Shown here: in pieces, positions 35,591 through 39,928 of the stretch
Position numbering within the stretch: the stretch's first letter is position 1
How the letters are laid out: every line of letters starts with the position of its first letter
Origin: a virus
Taxonomy: Duplodnaviria > Caudoviricetes
Virus record (IMG/VR): IMGVR_UViG_3300016474_000543
Coordinates: 1 to 39,928 of that record
Reading direction: 5' to 3' (one strand)
Length of the DNA: 39,928 nt
Program-made: the position numbers and the translations under genes
The notes under the pieces: model-generated
Databases searched by the model: none
Told to the model about the DNA's origin: nothing
What the model saw: only the letters and a program-made list of their open reading frames with translations

Positions 35591-36076
35591 ATGGCAAATT
35601 ACAACTTTAATAAGGATATTGAGATAGGTGAAGACGGTGAATATGTTGTTAGATTAGACCTAGAATCATTGGGGGCAGTGTTTGTTTCCGATAATAAAAA
35701 TAATTCACATGATTTGATTATGTCCACACCAGAAAAAACGGGTGATGGGGTTAAAAATGTTAGTTATGAAATAAAAACTGATGTGTTTTGTAGACCGCAT
35801 TTGGATACTGGTAATATTTTCATAGAATATGAATCCAGGGGCAAAGATAGTGGTATAACTGTAACAACTGCTGAATGGTTTGTAACTTATTTTAAACATT
35901 TTAATGAGATATGGTATATAAAATCAAACAAGTTAAGGAAGTTAATATCTGAAAATAATTTTAAGACACATACTGACTGTGGTGACTTAGGTAGTAATAC
36001 AAAAGGGTATTTGATTCCAAGGTATCAGTTTAAAAAATATTTTAAAGTTAGAACTGTACCAAAAAATTTAATTTAA
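35591..36076 (+). CDS. PD-(D/E)XK nuclease-like protein
   Basis: GEDGE...HDLI...YEIKTD...TGNIFIEY...SGITVTTAEW. Confidence 0.7.
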   Translation: MANYNFNKDIEIGEDGEYVVRLDLESLGAVFVSDNKNNSHDLIMSTPEKTGDGVKNVSYEIKTDVFCRPHLDTGNIFIEYESRGKDSGITVTTAEWFVTYFKHFNEIWYIKSNKLRKLISENNFKTHTDCGDLGSNTKGYLIPRYQFKKYFKVRTVPKNLI

Positions 36077-36114
36077 TAGTGATTTTTTGTGATATTTATT
36101 ATTAAAATTTTATT

Positions 36115-36597
36115 ATGAAAATAATAGTAACAGAAAGACAACTGGAAATATTGAAGCTTATTAAAGAAAATGAAGATGTTATAAATAAATTTAAGTCTAG
36201 TTTTAATCAGATAACAAGAGAATTAAATAGTTTATATGGGGATATTCAATTTATTAATGTTGGCAATTTGGTTGATATTGAGCCCAACATGGATAGTAAT
36301 ATTATTAAAGTATTATTAAATAAGTTTTATGACTTGGATAGTAGAAATACTACAACTAACAGAGAAGTGACTAATTTTTTTAATTCTAAGAGTGAAGATG
36401 ATTATGAAAAAAATTTTCAATCTATACATGATGACATTGAAAATAATTACTATTATAAGAATTCACGTAAAATAAATGTTATATCAGCTATATTAATGAA
36501 TTTAGATAAGTTGGTTGATGATTTAGAAAGATTGGTTAATCAACATGTTGAAGACAAATATCCACCAGATGCCTTTGAAGATATAAATGTTCGTTAA
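36115..36597 (+). CDS. hypothetical protein (MKIIVTERQL N-terminus)
   Basis: 160 aa; ATATTTAT upstream. Confidence 0.85.
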   Translation: MKIIVTERQLEILKLIKENEDVINKFKSSFNQITRELNSLYGDIQFINVGNLVDIEPNMDSNIIKVLLNKFYDLDSRNTTTNREVTNFFNSKSEDDYEKNFQSIHDDIENNYYYKNSRKINVISAILMNLDKLVDDLERLVNQHVEDKYPPDAFEDINVR

Positions 36598-36650
36598 AAA
36601 TTTTGTGGATTAAAAATTTATACTTATATTTGTGGTATAAATTAAAAATT

Positions 36651-37226
36651 ATGAAGCAATTTATCTATTTAATCGTTTTTTTATTTGTTTTAATTTCTTG
36701 CAAAAAGGAGGAAATTAAACCTAATGTTGTAACACCAACTGAAGAAGTACCTCAAGAAATTAGATTGTATGGTAAATGGTTGTTGGTTGGTGGTTCATTA
36801 TATCTAGAAAATTTAGAGACACACGAAAAAACCAAATATGACCATTTTGGTCCTGGTAAAACAACCAGTAGTTTGGATTTGGATGGTTCAGACCTTGAGA
36901 TTGAGGATATTGAATTAGATGTGACCACATGGGCTTTTTATCAACCTTATACAGTTCCTGGGTATGGTGAATTTGTATTAAATAATGATACAATACAACC
37001 ATATGGTTTTTATGTTACAAAACATAATTGGTCAATTGTTGAACACCCGCAATCAACACAAGCTAATATGCAATTGGGTGGGTCTTCTAGACCTATTAGT
37101 GCTGTAATATGTAATATGGCAGATACTACGGTGTATTTCTACATTCAAGAGGAATACACATCAATAAATAACATGAATTATAGATACATTTCTGAATTGA
37201 AATTCAAAAAAATTGAAAGTTGGTAG
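36651..37226 (+). CDS. lipoprotein
   Basis: MKQFIYLIVFLFVLISC lipobox followed by KKEE; LYGKW lipocalin-like start. Confidence 0.8.
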   Translation: MKQFIYLIVFLFVLISCKKEEIKPNVVTPTEEVPQEIRLYGKWLLVGGSLYLENLETHEKTKYDHFGPGKTTSSLDLDGSDLEIEDIELDVTTWAFYQPYTVPGYGEFVLNNDTIQPYGFYVTKHNWSIVEHPQSTQANMQLGGSSRPISAVICNMADTTVYFYIQEEYTSINNMNYRYISELKFKKIESW

Positions 37227-37360
37227 TGTTAAATAAATTATTTTTAAATTTGATGATTATATCAGCTTTGTTTGGTATGTGGTTATCAACTGGTAGTTAT
37301 GAATTTTGGGTATTTACAATCTTTTTCTTGTATTACCTAAGGAGATTGTATAAATCAACA

Positions 37361-37672
37361 TCAGTTTAAGCTTTTAATCTTAAAATAATCAAACAATATA
37401 CCTTTTGACTCTAGCTGTGTAATGCTAAAGGTTTCTGATAAATCAGATATTAATCTTGGGACAAATTCTTTTTTATTATTGGATACGGCATAATTTTTAC
37501 CATCCACATTAATGGTTCTTTTAAATTTACCATCCAGATTAATCCTTAATATTGGGTAAACTGTTGTTAAATATTTAAATATTAATTTACCGATAATTTC
37601 ATCAGAAAATGGTGATATTGTGGTCTCCAAAATCTTCCCATTCGATTTCTTCTGCGGTCGTAACTTCTTCAT
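37361..37672 (-). CDS. hypothetical protein
   Basis: 103 aa; ATATTTAT upstream. Confidence 0.75.
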   Translation of the reverse strand: MKKLRPQKKSNGKILETTISPFSDEIIGKLIFKYLTTVYPILRINLDGKFKRTINVDGKNYAVSNNKKEFVPRLISDLSETFSITQLESKGILFDYFKIKSLN

Positions 37673-37750
37673 TCATTTTTTTTTAATTTTACTTTTATAA
37701 ATATTTGTTTTTTTAAATTAAATGTTATATTTTTACAAAAAAAAATTATA

Positions 37751-37912
37751 ATGATTATTTTGTATTTTGTGATTTATTTTATACTGGCTTTTGTCTGGTT
37801 GTTCTTCGTTAGAAATTATATATTTGTAACCAGTTTGTACCAATCCATAGGTATATTGTTATTTTGGCCGATTCACATGATTATACACGTAATTAATTTT
37901 TTACTATATTGA
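37751..37912 (+). CDS. 53-aa membrane protein not in ORF track
   Basis: hydrophobic open frame with LLFWP; stop overlaps the next start. Confidence 0.55.
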   Translation: MIILYFVIYFILAFVWLFFVRNYIFVTSLYQSIGILLFWPIHMIIHVINFLLY

Positions 37913-38241
37913 TACATTTTGATAAAATAGTTCATTATCAGTTGTGTGATTTTTTATATGATGAGTTTAAAAAAAGTACAACTAAACATGGTGTGGGTTA
38001 TACAACCTTTACCAGTATGTGTTCCGTTGTTAGCACAAAAATAATAAATGGTGTTAATTTTTCAAAATCTGAAAGAGTAATAATAAATAAAGTTTTAGAC
38101 AGATTAATTTCTTTTTTTGGTTTTAATAGTAAAGAAGCTGGAAAATATTTGGTTGAGTTTTTTTACAAGAAATTTTGGGAGAAGATTTATGGTTCTGTTA
38201 CAACCATAAATTCAGTTTTTAATTTGTCTAAGAATATTTAA
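37909..38241 (+). CDS. hypothetical protein
   Basis: 110 aa, TTG start. Confidence 0.65.
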   Translation: MIHFDKIVHYQLCDFLYDEFKKSTTKHGVGYTTFTSMCSVVSTKIINGVNFSKSERVIINKVLDRLISFFGFNSKEAGKYLVEFFYKKFWEKIYGSVTTINSVFNLSKNI

Positions 38242-38256
38242 TAATAAAATAAAGTT

Positions 38257-38562
38257 ATGGTAGTAGAATGTAATTCAAACGAGTTTGAGAAACTTGTATT
38301 AAAGTCAGACAATCCAGTTATTGTTGATTTTTGGGCACCGTGGTGTGGCCCTTGTAGAGCGGTAGCTCCTGAGCTTGAGAAATTTGCGGAAGAAAATAAA
38401 AACATTTCTATTGTTAAAGTCAATGTTGATGAAAACGGTGAATTGGCTACGCAGTATCAAGTTAGAAGCATACCGACATTAATTTTGTTTAAGGATGGTA
38501 AAGCTGAAAAGAAAACTGTTGGTATACAAAATCAAGACTCACTGACTAAATTTGTAAATTAA
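38257..38562 (+). CDS. trxA: thioredoxin
   Basis: [26 protein letters not shown]. Confidence 0.96.
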   Translation: MVVECNSNEFEKLVLKSDNPVIVDFWAPWCGPCRAVAPELEKFAEENKNISIVKVNVDENGELATQYQVRSIPTLILFKDGKAEKKTVGIQNQDSLTKFVN

Positions 38563-38567
38563 AATTA

Positions 38568-38590
38568 AAGCGACTTAGGTCGCTTTTTTT
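38568..38590 (+). terminator. intrinsic terminator
   Basis: aagcgac-ttag-gtcgctt plus T-run. Confidence 0.8.
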
Positions 38591-38615
38591 ATTCTTTAAA
38601 GATATTTATAGATAG

Positions 38616-38960
38616 ATGAAAACAAAATTAATAATAACCGAATCACAATACAACAGAGTTATAAAGCCGTTGTTAAATGAATCTATTTTATCCAATATTT
38701 TGGATGAGGTGGTTACTGATTTGGATAAAAATTATGAAAAAGTTACAGCAACCATTAAAGATAATCATGATTATGTAAATAAACCTAGATTTAAAGTTAT
38801 TGTTGATGATAGTATAATCACAGCAAAGGATTTATTAGACTACATGAAATACAAGTATCATGATAAATGTGGTGAAGATTTTTTAAAACAAGCTATTGAT
38901 GACTGGTACCATGATAAAATAAAAAATGGTATGTTATCTAAGAATATAACTCTGTGGTAA
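38616..38960 (+). CDS. hypothetical protein (KLIITESQY N-terminus)
   Basis: 114 aa; ATATTTAT upstream. Confidence 0.85.
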   Translation: MKTKLIITESQYNRVIKPLLNESILSNILDEVVTDLDKNYEKVTATIKDNHDYVNKPRFKVIVDDSIITAKDLLDYMKYKYHDKCGEDFLKQAIDDWYHDKIKNGMLSKNITLW

Positions 38961-38970
38961 AATATGCGTT

Positions 38971-39294
38971 GTGAATCTAAAGAGAAAAATAAGAGAGAAA
39001 TTAATGGAGGTTTATGGTGAACCTTTCGATTCTTATTTGGAAAACGCATACGAGAAAAAAATAACAGAAAATCTAATCAACGGTGACCTAAAATCCAAAA
39101 AGGAATGGGCCACATATAATCAAGTTATTCTTGAGTTAAAGCACAATATTAAAGATGCTATGAAAGTAAAAGAATTGCAGTACAAATTAACGGATAATGT
39201 ACCGCCGAACCAGGCGTGTATTGAGGTTTTATGTAATATAAAAAACCTAACACCAGAACTAACCAGGTTGTATAATAAAATTAACAACTTCTAA
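38971..39294 (+). CDS. hypothetical protein, likely paralogue of 39389-39724
   Basis: YKLTDNVPPNQACIEVL. Confidence 0.8.
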   Translation: MNLKRKIREKLMEVYGEPFDSYLENAYEKKITENLINGDLKSKKEWATYNQVILELKHNIKDAMKVKELQYKLTDNVPPNQACIEVLCNIKNLTPELTRLYNKINNF

Positions 39295-39388
39295 TAAAAA
39301 TTAACGTAATATTATTGTTAATATATTGTGGTTATCGGGGAATCAAAGATATTTATGAGTAAATAATAAACACTAAAAATTTAAACGT

Positions 39389-39724
39389 ATGGGTGACTTT
39401 AATTTCACAATTAAGGCTGGCTCTGGTAAGTTTAATAAACTTGACAAATTATACAGAGATTATGTTGTAAACTCTATAAAAAACGAAAATGATTGTGATA
39501 TTTTTAGATGGGAGGTTTATAACATTATTATGAATGAATTAATAAGCATAGGTCAATACCAATGCTTTGAAGAAGCTAAATATAGAATAACGGATGGTGA
39601 AAGCCCAAATACCGTAATGTTAGAAATATTAGATAGATTTTGTGAATCAAATAATTTAATGTGGATAATGAGAGATAAGGTTGAGGCATTTATTGAAGAG
39701 GATAAAATAAATAGATTTTTGTAA
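39389..39724 (+). CDS. hypothetical protein, likely paralogue of 38971-39294
   Basis: YRITDGESPNTVMLEIL. Confidence 0.85.
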   Translation: MGDFNFTIKAGSGKFNKLDKLYRDYVVNSIKNENDCDIFRWEVYNIIMNELISIGQYQCFEEAKYRITDGESPNTVMLEILDRFCESNNLMWIMRDKVEAFIEEDKINRFL

Positions 39725-39776
39725 TAACCTTGTTTTTTAACAACATTATTACTATATTTGCTGAAATATATTAATT

Positions 39777-39928
39777 GTGGGTTTAGATATTAGTGAACGT
39801 TTAAAGTTTTTATCTAACAAATTTAATGTCTTTTCAATTAAGAATTTAGAATCAAAGGTTAATAAACTTAAGTCAGATGATAATATTGTTATTAATATTG
39901 AATCTGGTGATGGTTTTTGTTTGGCTTT
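39777..39928 (+). CDS. partial ORF running off the window
   Basis: GTG start after a TATATTTG element; open to the end. Confidence 0.5.
   Translation, partial: MGLDISERLKFLSNKFNVFSIKNLESKVNKLKSDDNIVINIESGDGFCLA

Noticed and set aside
4282-36650. Longest-ORF starts in the track (4282, 10600, 15839, 16787, 19157, 20239, 21036, 22473, 24486, 33132, 36603)
   Set aside because: They begin in or upstream of the promoter elements; the downstream ATG after the A-rich leader is the plausible start
1-39928. Alternative genetic code (stop-codon reassignment)
   Set aside because: Long genes are intact in the standard code, TAG and TGA end genes at sensible places, and no suppressor tRNA is seen

Overview
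AT-rich segment of a large tailed dsDNA phage, most likely infecting a Bacteroidota host. Nearly every gene on the left has a TTTG-(~19-21 nt)-TAnnTTTG promoter and an A-rich leader with no Shine-Dalgarno site. Part 1 (1-25,560) is an early/host-takeover-type array of about 55 short genes, mostly with their own promoter: DUF932, YubB-like, ParB-like, SprT-like, DUF6011, a HExxH peptidase and many membrane micro-peptides. It also holds a tRNA/ncRNA island at 7.45-8.84 kb (tRNA-Ile2/Met CAT, tRNA-Arg TCT, tRNA-Leu TAA, a ~320-nt repeat-containing structured RNA, tRNA-like RNAs). Thirteen dispersed, promoter-driven, non-coding ~55-nt elements with an invariant GTAGACTCC core become denser toward the right. 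Part 2 (25,560-25,850) is a G/C-tract block followed by four ~53-bp phased repeats (origin- or terminus-like). Part 3 (25,900-end) is a conventional dense gene block: an NAD+ reconstitution (NARP1-like Adps/Namat) cluster with an inserted nucleoside deoxyribosyltransferase-like gene, NUDIX, HAD, PcfJ-like, nuclease-like and thioredoxin genes, and genes with an ATATTTAT upstream motif and shared N-terminal peptides. All calls are by eye; no searches or folding programs were run.
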